Source of the DNA: Batkoa obscura
Lineage: Eukaryota
Assembly (NCBI GenBank): GCA_030770535.1
Contig: JASVEC010000018.1
Coordinates: 930,001-994,000 of the forward strand
DNA: 64,000 bases
Reading direction: 5' to 3'
Shown here: piece after piece, positions 1 to 12,200 of the stretch
Layout of the letters: every line of letters begins with the position of its first letter
How positions within the stretch are numbered: position 1 is the stretch's first letter
Program-made: the position numbers and the translations under genes
The notes under the pieces: model-generated
Databases searched by the model: none
What the model was told of the DNA's origin: nothing
The model's input: the letters and a program-made list of their open reading frames with translations, nothing else

Positions 1-136
1 CACTCAAAATAAGTAGTGGTTTATTTTATCTATAAAGAGTATAAATTAAAAGATCGATAATACTGAACATCAAATATAGTAAGGAAAATATATGGAAGGT
101 GATGAATCAAATTAAAAGATAACCAAACAAAGAGAT

Positions 137-230
137 GGGGGTGTTTTTTTTCGGTTTTGTTACTTTTTCCATTTTTTAAACGCTATTTGAGTAGAAAGAT
201 TATTAATAAAATTTTTAAAAAAACATCTCT
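137..230 (+). mobile_element. ~98-bp MITE copy (Sola2-like non-autonomous family)
   Basis: GGGGGTGTTTTTTT...AAACATCTCT; family core GCTATTTGAGT; flanks AGAT/GGAT. Confidence 0.75.
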
Positions 231-298
231 GGATGTTATCCTAATGTTCTAAAACTTTGCACTTATTTTTTAGCATAAGATTTAAAAGTAAATGATAT

Positions 299-395
299 GT
301 GGATGTATTTTTGTGTTTAAGAATTTTACTACAAATTTTCCACTCAAATAGCACTTAAAAATGGAAAAAATAATGAAGTCAAAAAAAACACTCTC
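299..395 (-). mobile_element. MITE copy
   Basis: Reverse-orientation family core; ATAT on both flanks. Confidence 0.8.
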
Positions 396-547
396 ATATA
401 ACATACCTTTATTTTATTAAATATATTTTCTGTTTTAATCCGCTAATTTAATAAAATTATACTAAATATTTTTACACGTTTGTTTAAAATTATCAGCTCT
501 TGATTAAATATGTTAATAAAACGATAACTTATATTTTATTATTATAT

Positions 548-644
548 GAGGATTTTTTTTTGGCTTCATTACTTTTTTCATTTTTAAGCGCTATTTGAAC
601 AGGAAAGTTGCTAGTAAAATCCCTAAATACAGAAATACATTCCC
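548..644 (+). mobile_element. MITE copy
   Basis: GAGGAT...ACATTCCC; ATAT TSD. Confidence 0.8.
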
Positions 645-903
645 ATATACTTGTATACTCAAAATTTTTATAGCTTATAGTATGAAATTCACTATTTCCT
701 TGTAATCTATGATATAATCCTAACGTTTATTTTAAAAAATAATATCATACTATCATTTTTAAAAATAAAGTCCTTAAAGTCAATAAAAAAAGCATAAACT
801 AGTTAAAGTGTTAACTTTATTTAATAACTTGTAAATAAAAGTCATAATATTACTATTAGCTGAGATATGATATTTACACCGCATTTTAACTTCAACCATA
901 TAA

Positions 904-1308
904 TCACTTGGCAGTAGCAACAATTCGATCACAAGAAGGGCAGCGATGAATTTGGAGGTAAAGAAAATCTTTATTGAAGATATAAAATCCTAAAAGATAC
1001 CAAAAGATGGTATAATAGAATATAAAAGCACCTGACACTAAAGACAGCAAGGGCAAAAGAGTTAAAAGGAAAACAAGGAAAAAAACAATTGCGCTAGAAA
1101 ACACCCTAAACCCGGACTCATAGCTAATCTCAGTAGTTACTTCCTTATTTTCGAATGGACAAACTAAAATGGCTACTCCCCTTCTACTTAGTTCTAAGAT
1201 TTCAGGTTGTCTTATAAGTATAGTTTGATTTGAATGAGATGAACCAATTGCCATATATGATGGTGGAGATTGATTCAATTTGCCACTTTCAACATCTATG
1301 TTATCCAT
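904..1308 (-). CDS. LITAF-domain protein (copy 1), intronless
   Basis: N-terminal PPSY motif; CPFE...VTT knuckle, hydrophobic stretch, C-terminal HRCPSC; TATATAAA at 1372-1379 on minus strand. Confidence 0.8.
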   Translation of the reverse strand: MDNIDVESGKLNQSPPSYMAIGSSHSNQTILIRQPEILELSRRGVAILVCPFENKEVTTEISYESGFRVFSSAIVFFLVFLLTLLPLLSLVSGAFIFYYTIFWYLLGFYIFNKDFLYLQIHRCPSCDRIVATAK

Positions 1309-1641
1309 AAGTTTTTGACTTTAAAAATTACTTTAGAATTAAACTGTTATTTTTTTTTCTTTCTTTCTTTCTTTATATATTGTTACAATACGGTTTTTTA
1401 TTTTAAATATTTAACTTTACAGGTTTAAGATCACATGACAAAAGATGTCTTAAAGTAAATGAAAAAGCTCTAATATTTTCATCAGTTTTAAGGGAACTGC
1501 CAATGTAGGTTTGAAGATATAAGTTGATGTAAAGATGCAAAATGTATGTCTAATCATTAACAATTATAAGGAAATGCCAATAACTGAGCAAATGTCTCGA
1601 GTTCTTAAGCTAGTTTACATCTTTAAATTACATTAATATAT

Positions 1642-1740
1642 GGGAGTGTTTTTTTTGACTTCATTATTTTTTCCACTTTTTAAGCGCTATTTGAGTGGAG
1701 AATTTGTTGATAAAATTCTTAAACACAAAAATATATCCCC
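1642..1740 (+). mobile_element. MITE copy (inside duplicated tract)
   Basis: GGGAGTGTTT...ATATCCCC; ATAT TSD; nearly identical to 7119-7217. Confidence 0.85.
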
Positions 1741-2048
1741 ATATATTTTTAAAAGATACTAAGTTACTGGAGAAAGTATCATCTTATTTTCTATTTAAAA
1801 GTTAGTCAATATTTTTTAAGATTGTAAGCTTGATAGCTTTAATGAAAAGCAGTAAAATTTCCTTACTCCTAAAAATTAAGTATGGTCAATATGTGTGTTA
1901 TGTATGGGGTCAATACCATCTTATTCAAACAACCAACTGAATGTAAAGTTGTTACAAATTTAACCAATAGAAATCAATAAAACGTCATAAAAAATTTAAG
2001 TGTATAAAAATAACCAAATATTTTAATTACACTTGTAATTAGCTGTAA

Positions 2049-4830
2049 ATGAATAAGGAGGCTATTAGCAAAATCGAGGGTATAGTGAATATCTCCAAAT
2101 TTGAAGTAGATAAGCTTCCTTTTACTTTTGAGAAGGTTGACTTCAACACATTAATTGATGCGGATGTCCTTAAGATTAAAGACAAATTAAAAGCAACCTA
2201 TGGAATATTCAAAAAAAATGAATCAGGCTAAAAAGACAATTCAAGGTTCAACAGCAATAAAAGATAGGTCAAAAAAAGATATCGTTACTCAATAGTTATA
2301 CAAGATAAAAGAGTTCAATACGATATTTAACAGAGACGAAGCACCTTTGTTGATACTTTTGATCTCAAATATACTTGTTAAGAGACTAGATACAAATGAC
2401 AAACAAATTATCGTAGATTTAACTCTAATCTAATGTTGTTGATAGAAGGAGAACGGATTATTTGCGACTTATAATCTATCTATGAAGAATTCAAAATTAA
2501 ATCCCAGAAATCATCCCATCTTGGCTTTTAAATTAAACTACGATTATCCCTTTTCTGGGGCATTATTATTAAGCTGATTGAAGTTTATGAGGGATCTTAG
2601 TGAATGATAAAAAATAAATGGATTTAAATTCAACCCAGATCCCCTTTCGCTATTTTTGCAATTCAATGCTTTGATAAGTATATAAAGCCACCAACTTTAA
2701 CTATCTCTTTGGATTCGACTCAAGGTAATAATTTCGATTTTAATTCTATTTATCAAATTAATGAACCTATTGCAAAGAAAAGCATGGAGGTAAACTTAAG
2801 AAATTTAGATAAAGGATAGCAGGTTATAGTGCTAATAACGGTGAATTTGAAAAGACTCATAATGCGGATGGAATTGATACCCTAATTTAAACCTATTATT
2901 AAAGAAAGAGTTAAGGCGATTTTTAAAGTCAATGTTAGGCTATTTAAGCGATATAGAAGAATTAGAAATCCATGTTGATGAATCGTTGAAAGCTTGCAAG
3001 GATTCAGAGCTTGATCTCAATATTGTTCAAAACCAACCATGTAATTCCAAAAGTATTAATAAATTTAGTCGTTGGAAAATATGTGTTGAGAAGCAAAGAG
3101 GTAAATCTAGATCTGGAGTTACACAATTATTTACCAAGAATGAGAATAATGAATTGGCTGAAAGTTATGCTTCTACTAAAGTAAATGAATATGAAAAATT
3201 TAAACAAAAAATCCACAATCATAAAAGATATACAATAATCAAACGGCAATTTAATGATGTATTTACGCCTCCAAACTTACCGATATCATTATTAACTATC
3301 TATAATAATGAAGCTATAGAGTAGGATTATGGATATATTAAAAAGTAATTAACCCTGGATTAAAAAAAGCATTAAAAATGAGATTAAAATTCACAAAACA
3401 TTTGGAAATAACATGCATTATCGCCCAATAGTTCAGCCTATGGTACAGATTTGTGATAAATGCATAACTTCTATTTTCTGCTTTTCCTATATGTGCTGTA
3501 AATGCGGTGTTGAGTTATGTGCTTTATACTATAAAAGTTTTTAGAATAAATTTAATATTAGATTAAATCCTTTTAGCTGTTTTAGAGAACCTAAGTCAGA
3601 AGACAATTCTTATACATGTAGAATGTTTTTACCATTTTTTTTATAGACTAAGTGTATTCAAGAAGTTTTGTAATTATGTGTTTAGATATAAATTATCTGA
3701 ATTCAAATTCAAATTCAAATAAAAACGAAAATGTTATAAATAAACTATTTCGTAAAATTAATTATACTTCTTATCCTTATCCATTCCGAGGAAAAAAGAT
3801 ATCAAACTACCTAATTTCCAAGTAACATGGAGAAAGGGTACGCCAATGGTAATTGAGCTTGATATGAGCTCATCAAAGTATATGATTGATTCTTTGTTCT
3901 TTATCAATTATTATGGAAAATTTATAATTAAAGTTATACATTTGAATGGGAAAAAATTAACGGATTAAAAGTTGTGAAGTTTTTTGGTAATTTTAACAGT
4001 AAAAAAAGGAGTCCAGTATAAAAAATGACAAATACCAGTTATGATTAAGAACTGGGAGCCAGACATCACTTCTAAGTAGCACTTTGAATGCCTTTATAAT
4101 AATTTTATAAATCTTGGACTATTCTCGGAGTATATGAAATATGAAGGTGAATTCAATTTACTTCTATATTTACCAGACATCCATATTGTTTCAGATCTTA
4201 AATCAAAGATACAGAGATAGCTCTTATTACTATGAGGCTAGTAAAGGATTTGACATCATTTCCTTGAATTTAGATATGGTAGATATCATTAACATAATGA
4301 GCTACTCCTCAAGTGATTTAAATGAATTAAGTGCATTGTGACACATCCAAAAGGGAAGATATAAATGATGTTAAGAAGCCTATATTAAAAAAACAAAGAT
4401 AAAAACATTGATGATCCAATACATGACCAAACTTTACATTTTGATGAGGAGAGCTTAGAAGACCTTGCTAATTATCAGGTTTACCAAAGACCTGATGATG
4501 TGGTACCTATACCAGCTGGTTGCGCGCATCAAACTTAAAACTTTCATCATTGTATAAATATTTCAATGGATTTCGTAACCCCAGAAAGTGCATCCGTTTA
4601 TGTATGACTTACCAATGACTCATAATCTCTTGCATATAATCGTTCCAAGTGTGTAGATGTTTCAAATACATCCAGTTTATTAGCTAATGTTTGGGACACT
4701 ATGGAAGAAAAAGCTATTGGTAACTCAGTTTTACAAAGTGAAATTCTCAATTATAGCCTGCCTACAAATTTCCAACCTAGTGATATAAGTAAAAGAGATA
4801 CTTCTAGCAGCGACTTGAAAATACAGAGCT
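2049..4830 (+). pseudogene. Pseudogene of KDM3-like JmjC protein (copy 1)
   Basis: Collinear with intact 25755-28973 gene from the start (FEVDKLPFTFEKVD) through the zinc finger (CDKC...C) and JmjC (IPAGCAHQ); many stops and frameshifts; 3' end approximate. Confidence 0.9.
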
Positions 4831-5036
4831 AAGAAAAGTAAAAAGGAATAGATAATGAGATTTGATATCATAAATCAATAATAAAAAGAAATAGGTGTTA
4901 ATATAGACCATGACCTGATTATATAGTTACCATTACAACCAAGTTGAAAAGTTATAAAAGTTTAATAAAATAGATGATTTGCTAACTTACTAATTTATTA
5001 ACTAATAATATACCCAAGTGTGAAAATGAATTATAT

Positions 5037-5134
5037 GGGGATGTTTTTTTTGGTTTCATTATTTTTTTCATTTTTTAGGCATTACTTCAGTGGAAAGATT
5101 GTTAGTAAAGTTTTTAAACAAAAAATACATCCCC
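5037..5134 (+). mobile_element. MITE copy
   Basis: GGGGATGT...ACATCCCC; flanks ATAT/CTAT. Confidence 0.85.
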
Positions 5135-6174
5135 CTATCTTTTTGATTATCTAAAATCTTATCCAACTTTAAATATTTCAAACATATACGCTTTTATCAA
5201 GCACTGTAGTTAAATAGTTACTTCGACCTTATAAATGAATTTGGTCACTATATTGATATTATTAAGGACAAAATGCTGTCTTTATTCTGACTAATAATAT
5301 ACATACAAAGAAACTCTAAATGATCTTAGTTTTACTTATAAATACCAATAACCCAACTACAAGATAATTGTGAGTTTTACTATAGAAAGGACCATTTTCA
5401 GTGATTGAAATCTAAAGGGATAGAAAGTACAATACGAAGCATGGATTGAAATAGACCTTAAATATTTCCAAAGAAAAAGAACTGTGAATTAAGTAAAAAT
5501 TAAGACAAGTACGATACAATTTGCCTTAGACCCAACTTCATACTTGAGCTCAGTGCCTATTGTCTTATTCAAATCGATAAATTAAGGTTATCGTTCCTTT
5601 TTTAGCAATTGGGAGGTTTTGAGCTGATTTATAAATATAGCTTTGCTCATATGAGAGAAATCTTTTAACCCTTGATATCGATGACCTAATAAGTGAACAG
5701 CTGCTTTCGATGTCCCCATAATCCATAAAGTTTAAATTCATATCTTTTTATTTTAATCTACTTAACTATTTATACTTGTGGTTGTTCTTATGTTCTTTAA
5801 TTTATACTTGCTTTATCGCTTTATCAATATGACTTTTAGTCAAATATATCCTATAACATTTTCAATTAGATATTAAATTTATTTTATAATGTACTTTTTA
5901 TGCAAAATTCTATGATAGATCAATGTCTTTAAAAGTTAAATATATTTAAAAAACTCATTGATTCTTTAATAGCTTTGAGATTTGTATAATTGAAAAAGCT
6001 CAATAGAAAATCCCTGATATTCATAAATCATACTAATTAGTTATTTCACTTATAAGTTATAATTTTCAAAACAAAGTTTATACTTAAAGAAATATTATAT
6101 TTAATGAGGTCTATTTTAAACCAAATCATCAATACTAATGATTAAAAGCGTTATGAACAAATTTAAATACTTAT

Positions 6175-6271
6175 GGGGATATTTTTTTGATTTCATTATT
6201 TTTCCGATTTTTAAGCGCTATTTGAGTGGAAAGATTGTTGGTAAAATTCTTAAATAAAAAAGTACATCCCC
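6175..6271 (+). mobile_element. MITE copy
   Basis: GGGGATAT...ACATCCCC; TTAT duplicated on both sides. Confidence 0.88.
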
Positions 6272-6368
6272 TTATTTTTATTTTCAAAAAATTATAGTGA
6301 TATCATCCAGTAGTTCATAACTAAGAGCTATAGTATAGTTAATAGTAAATCAGGAAACGATCCACATT

Positions 6369-6785
6369 TTACTCATCTACATTACTATCCTCTTTAGCAA
6401 TAGCAACAACTCTATCGCAAGAAGAACAGAGATGGATCTCATCATAACAATTACTATCTAGAATACTTATAAGAAAAATAAAACTATTGATTAGAAAATA
6501 AGGAAGCACAGCGGTATAGGAATCAGACCCCGATAGGATCATAAGATTTAGAAAGGAACTATAAAATAAACAGATCCATCTATTTTTATTAAGTTTATAT
6601 TTAAGTTTAGTAGTTACTTCCTTATTTTCGAATGGACAAACTAAAATGGCTACTCCCCTTCTACTTAGTTCTAAGATTTCAGGTTGTCTTATAAGTATAG
6701 CTTGATTTGAATGGGATGAACCAATTGCCATATATGATGGTGGAGATTGATTCAATTTGCCACTTTCAACATCTATGTTATCCAT
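6369..6785 (-). CDS. LITAF-domain protein (copy 2), intronless
   Basis: First 59 aa almost identical to copy 1; different hydrophobic segment; HLCSSC knuckle. Confidence 0.8.
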   Translation of the reverse strand: MDNIDVESGKLNQSPPSYMAIGSSHSNQAILIRQPEILELSRRGVAILVCPFENKEVTTKLKYKLNKNRWICLFYSSFLNLMILSGSDSYTAVLPYFLINSFIFLISILDSNCYDEIHLCSSCDRVVAIAKEDSNVDE

Positions 6786-7118
6786 AAGTTTTTGACTTTA
6801 AAAATTACTTTAGAATTAAACTGTTATTTTTCTTTCTTTCTTTCTTTCTTTATATATTGTTACAATACGGTTTTTTATTTTAAATATTTAACTTTACAGG
6901 TTTAAGATCACATGACAAAAGATGTTTTAAAGTAAATGAAAAAGCTCTAATATTTTCATCAGTTTTAAGGGAACTGCCAATGTAGGTTTGAAGATATGAG
7001 TTGATGTAAAGATGCAAAATGTATGTCTAATCATTAACAATTATAAGGAAATGCCAATAACTGAGCAAATGTCTCGAGTTCTTAAGCTAGTTTACATCTT
7101 TAAATTACATTAATATAT

Positions 7119-7217
7119 GGGAGTGTTTTTTTTGACTTCATTATTTTTTCCACTTTTTAAGCGCTATTTGAGTGGAGAATTTGTTGATAAAATTCTTAAA
7201 CACAAAAATACATCCCC
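7119..7217 (+). mobile_element. MITE copy (inside duplicated tract)
   Basis: Same insertion context as 1642-1740; ATAT TSD. Confidence 0.85.
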
Positions 7218-7514
7218 ATATATTTTTAAAAGATACTAAGTTACTGGAGAAAGTATCATCTTATTTTCTATTTAAAAGTTAGTCAATATTTTTTAAGATT
7301 GTAAGCTTGATAGCTCTAAAAAAAGGCAGTAAAGCTTTTTTATCACCTCAAAGGTCAAGTAAAATCAATATAAGTATTATATGAATTTGATATGATCTTG
7401 ATCTGAGTTTTTTTTCAAATCTAAATTTCAAGTTTAGCTAATAGAACAATTGGGAATGTCATAAAAAAGTAAAAATAAAGACTTTTAATCAATTACAAGC
7501 TGTAATTAAAATAA

Positions 7515-9736
7515 ATGTATAAGAAACTGTTGATAAAGCCAAAGAGGTAATCAGAAGCATTAAAGTTGAAGTATATATCTCCTTTTGCTTTTGAAAAGTT
7601 TGATGTCAACATTTTATTTAATGAGCATGTTAACAAGATTAAAGAAGTGTGAGCCATCTATAAGGTATTCAAAAAGGATGAGGACCAATTGAAAATGCAA
7701 TGCAAGGTTTAAAAGCAACAAAAAAATAAGCGGAAAAGAGGAATCTTATTGAGATAGCTACAAAAAAATAAAAGAATCCAATACATTATTTGACAAAGAT
7801 GAAGTACCTTTATTGATGCTTTTGATTTCAAACATCCTTATTAAAAGATTAGATGGAAAAGACAAGAAAATTATTTGTGAATTTAATTTTAATCCAATAT
7901 CATCGCCAAAAGGAGGACAACTTATTTTTACCTTACGCTCCACCTATGAAGAATTCAAGCTTCAATTTCAAAACTCAATATATTTAAATTTTAAATTGTA
8001 TCGTTAATAGTCATTTTTTAAAACTTGATTATTGAACTGGTTCGAGTTTGTAAAGAATCCTAGTGAATGTTCAGAAAAAATGAGTTTGAATACAATCCAG
8101 ATTCCCTTTTAACGTTTTTTGAAATTCAATACTTTGATAAAGGCATTATATCCTCAATTTTACTGTTTTCCTCTCAATTAAAGATAATGATAATAATCCT
8201 GATTCAATCCTTAAAAGCAACAAAGTAGCTACAAAAGAAATGACCCAAAAAAACTTACCCAGATTAAGTAAATCCCAGGAGAATATAGTGCCGGATAGCG
8301 CTAAACTCGAAGATTCTCCTAATACGGGTGGAACTGAATGATATAACCTGACCCAAGTAGCAATAGAATGAGTAACTATACTTGAAAACGAAGATGAAAG
8401 CAAAGAAATGATTCAGGAAAATAAGCAAGGAATGTAAATCCATTCAGGCCTCCCAAGTTACTAACAGCGTCACTAATTATATATAATAATGAAGCTAGAA
8501 ATGAAAGATACAAATACGTAGAAAAATATAGCAATTTAGCATTAAAAGAAGTATCAAAAATAAAATTGAAGTTTATAAGGAATCTGGAAATGACATGTAT
8601 TATCATAAAATGACTCAGTCTATAGCACAGCTTTGTAATAAATGTAGAGCTTCAATATTCTGCTTTTTATATATGTGTCATAGATATGGTGTTGAGCTAT
8701 GCGCTTTATGTTATAAAGAGTTTTATGATGAATTTGGTGTCAAAAAAACCTTTTTAATTGTACTATCTCTTGTAGATCAAAAAGTAGCTTCTACACACGT
8801 AGAGTGCTTTTACCGTTCTCTGATTACACATCAAAACAATTTGAAGACTTTTATGATCCTGTCCTTGTATACAACCCAGCTGGTATTTCAAATAGTCAGG
8901 AAAGCATAAGAAGTGAGTTGTTACCTAACCTTGATTATCCCACCCATCCCTACTGATTTGCAAAAAGAGAATTTATTGAGTCAGCCTATTTTCAAGTAAA
9001 ATGAAGAAAAGGTACTTCGATAGTAAGCCTGCTAGATATGAGCTCATTAAGGTATGCAGCGGATCCTTCATTCTTTATCAAGTATTATGTAAAAGTTAAA
9101 AAATTGTTTATTTAAATAATAAAAAGATGGTAGCTTAAATTTAAAAGGTCTTTTTATCAACTTTAATAATTAGGACAGAGGAGTCTAAATGAACAGAAAA
9201 CATATACCAACCAAGAATAAGAGTTAACAATCTTCCACAAGCTTCAAAGTATCCTTTGAATGGCTTTATAACGATTTTGTGAACCTTATGGCATTTTCAG
9301 AGTATATGAGATATGATAATAAGTTTAAACTAGTTTCATATCTGCCAGATATTCACGTTGTCCCAGATCTGGGACCAAAAATGTACAATTCCTATTATTA
9401 CAAAAATAGTAAGAAATTTAGCACCACACCACTTCATTTGGATGCCGCAGATGCCGTTAATATAATGAACTACCCCTTAGGCATTTCGAATGAACCAGAT
9501 GCTTTGTGACACATTTTTGAAAGAGAATACAGGGATGCTTAAAAAATTCATATTAAAATATAAGAGAGATTATGTGGATTTTCATCTAATTTATGACCAA
9601 GCTGTTTATTTGACTGAAAAAGACCCAGAAGACCTTGTAAATGACTATAATGTAATAGGTCGCCAAATTTATCAAAAATCTGGTGATGCAGTACCTATAC
9701 CAGCTGATTGTGCTCACCAAGTCCAAAATCTTCATT
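7515..9736 (+). pseudogene. Pseudogene of KDM3-like JmjC protein (copy 2), 3'-truncated
   Basis: Fragments CNKCRASIFCFLYMC, YLPDIHVVPDLGPKMYNSY, TPLHLDAADAVNIM and CAHQVQNLH match the intact gene; multiple frameshifts; homology stops at 9736. Confidence 0.92.
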
Positions 9737-9880
9737 GGGATATCCGAATTAGTTCCATTTTTTCATCCAATTTTTGAGTTCTGAATTATGGATAGAGTAA
9801 TCAATAAAGTAGTGGCATTAAAATAAAATCCAATTTTAAACATTTTGTACCAACTTTGCTTAAAACTTTATAAAAATAAA
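9737..9880. mobile_element. Terminus of a larger Sola2-like element truncating the JmjC pseudogene
   Basis: GGGATATCCGAATTAGTTCCATT and downstream AACTTTGCTTAAAA resemble the terminus at 62756; other end not found. Confidence 0.55.
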
Positions 9881-10838
9881 TTACTAAAAAGTGAAGTACT
9901 CTATAATTTTAAATTATTTTATCATGATTTATATTATAAAATTAGCTGAATTTCTACTAAATTTGATAAAAATTCCTGGATTAGCAAGGTTTTTACCAAT
10001 ATAGTCTATATATTGATATTAATAAAAGTTATATTATGTAAATAAATACATTTTTTTATAAAATTTCATTAGCAAATGTTTATTATTATAAAATAAGCTA
10101 GGGTTTATTTTTTTATTTTTTTACTTTTTATAAACTTTGTAACTTCAATTAGAATGATATCAATTTTTTTTAGTTTATTGAATACTAAGTAATAATGTAG
10201 CTTATTATTACATTAACTAAAATACAATACTTCTTAATATGTTATGTTTCTTATACTTTTATACTTTTTAAAAATTACATGTTTTCTTATTATTGATAAT
10301 TAAATTATTAGTTTTATTATGTCCAAAAATAAAAACATCTAATTTTAAAATTAACTAACTAATATGCTTTATTCTATTTAATGCTTTAAAATTATTAATT
10401 TTTTTAAGATGTTTATAAACTATATTTTTTTTGTGATATTTAGCAAGAGAGTTGGAATTAATTTTTTTAGGCTATTGTTTACCTTATAAATTTCTTTAAA
10501 TATGTAATACAAAAATCTTTTTTTAGCTTCATTACCTTTTTTTTTAAGTATTATTTAAGCAAGATTATTTACAAGCTTTTTAGATATAAAATATTAAGCT
10601 TTAATACTCATATATCTTGTTTATTGTAGTAGTTTAAAATTATTAAACTTGGATTTATTTTTGTATTTTATTTAGAGTTTAAAAATATTATGACTTTTAT
10701 TATTTAATTTTTTAATAGCTTTATTAAATATATTTTTTAAGTATTATTATAGGATTTATGTAACTTTTTAATTTTATTTTTAATTTTATTTTTATTTTTA
10801 TTTTTAAATAACTTTTCTTAATTATTCAATAAGCATAT

Positions 10839-10933
10839 GGGGGTGTTTTTTTGGCTTCATTACTTTTTCCATCTTTTAAGTGCTATTTGAGTGGAAAGAT
10901 TGTAGTAAAATCTTGAACAAAAAACACAGCCCC
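10839..10933 (+). mobile_element. MITE copy
   Basis: GGGGGTGT...ACAGCCCC; flanks ATAT/AGAT. Confidence 0.85.
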
Positions 10934-10992
10934 AGATATATTATATGAATTTGTTCTTTTTGTTGTATTTTTGAAATTATTTGATATATGGG

Positions 10993-11456
10993 TGTGAAAT
11001 CTGGTACTCAGGGTTTGGAGTCAAGAACAGCTATTGCTGGGTTGACTACACTGTAAGTCGAAAGGTCTTAGTTTATGTGACTAAGATAGACTTAGATTAT
11101 GAGGAATAGCACGTAATAGGTTACAAGCTATATAAGACAAATAGAATAGACAATACTAATGTAAAACCTATGTAAAATACTATTAAGAAAACTTGGTGGC
11201 TTTATTAAATGTCCGAGATATTAAGGAATAATTCAGTTAAAAAGCCTCGAACTATTATGTTTTAGAATCTCTTTTGTACTCCGATAAGTATAAATATCAA
11301 AACGAGGGGAGAATATTCTTTGAGACGAAGATAGAAATTCTGTTAACAAATCAGAATAAGAGCATGGGACTAATTGTCTCTATAATTGAGAACACGACAG
11401 CTTAGGCGATTATTATGCTGTAATTAACCATGGGGCTGACAAAGCGATATTTCACA
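10993..11456 (+). mobile_element. Solo-LTR-like element (~464 bp)
   Basis: TGTGAAAT...ATTTCACA 8-bp terminal inverted repeat; flanks ATGG(G)/ATGG; homologous to 60910-61373; no ORF; strand is relative. Confidence 0.75.
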
Positions 11457-11460
11457 ATGG

Positions 11461-11512
11461 TATTTGAGTGGAAAAATTGTCAGTAAAATTCTTAAACAAA
11501 AAACACATCCCC
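11461..11512 (+). mobile_element. 3' half of a MITE interrupted by the LTR-like element
   Basis: TATTTGAGTGGAAA...ACATCCCC ATAT; ATAT-GGG start lies at 10986-10992 on the other side of the LTR. Confidence 0.7.
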
Positions 11513-11805
11513 ATATAATAGTTACTATTATTAAATCAAAAAATCATTTAAGCTTAATTAAGTTATTGTCTTTTAATTTAAAATAATATTACTGCTATAT
11601 ATAGAAATATATTACATTTTTATAATTATTTGAAATTTTATTCAGTTTTAGGCATTTTAGATATATGTTTACTTTGACAAGTATAATGTTTTAGATATTT
11701 ACTTTTGTTCTATAAATGAATCTGATGGCTAGATTTAACAATTTTATAAAACAAAGCATTATTTTAAATAAAGAAGGATATAAATAAAAATCAGATATGT
11801 TAGTT

Positions 11806-12200
11806 TTATTCAGCAATAGCAATAACCCTATCACTAGAAGGACAATGATGAATTTCATTAAAAGTTGGATGACACATAATTACCAAATAAAGTAAAGGGA
11901 AAGTAAAGATAGCTATAAACATAAAAATTATTACTTCGAGTGATTTAGAGATGATGGGACTTCCAAGTGAAAAAAATAAGAAAAATAAGAAACGGTTTAA
12001 ATTTAGGTTCATATTCAATTTTAGTGATTATTTGTTTATTTTCAAATAGAACATACTAGCATAATTATCTCTTATCTGCTTAATTGTAAAATTTCAGATT
12101 GATTTATAATAACTGTTTTATTTGTATGATTTGAGTTATCAGATTAATATAAGGGTAGGATGGAACCATCTAACCCAATTTCAATATATAAATTGTCCAT
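11806..12200 (-). pseudogene. LITAF-domain pseudogene (copy 3)
   Basis: MDNLYIE...SEILQLSR*...LVC homologous to copies 1/2; two in-frame stops plus frameshifts; degenerate HHCPSSDRVIAIAE end. Confidence 0.8.

Noticed and set aside
2049..9777. Short ORFs 2049, 2932, 4141, 7813, 8595, 9279 and 9490 as separate genes or exons; stop-codon recoding
   Set aside because: They are collinear fragments of the JmjC gene broken by frameshifts as well as all three stop types, without splice signals at the breaks; standard code works for all intact genes
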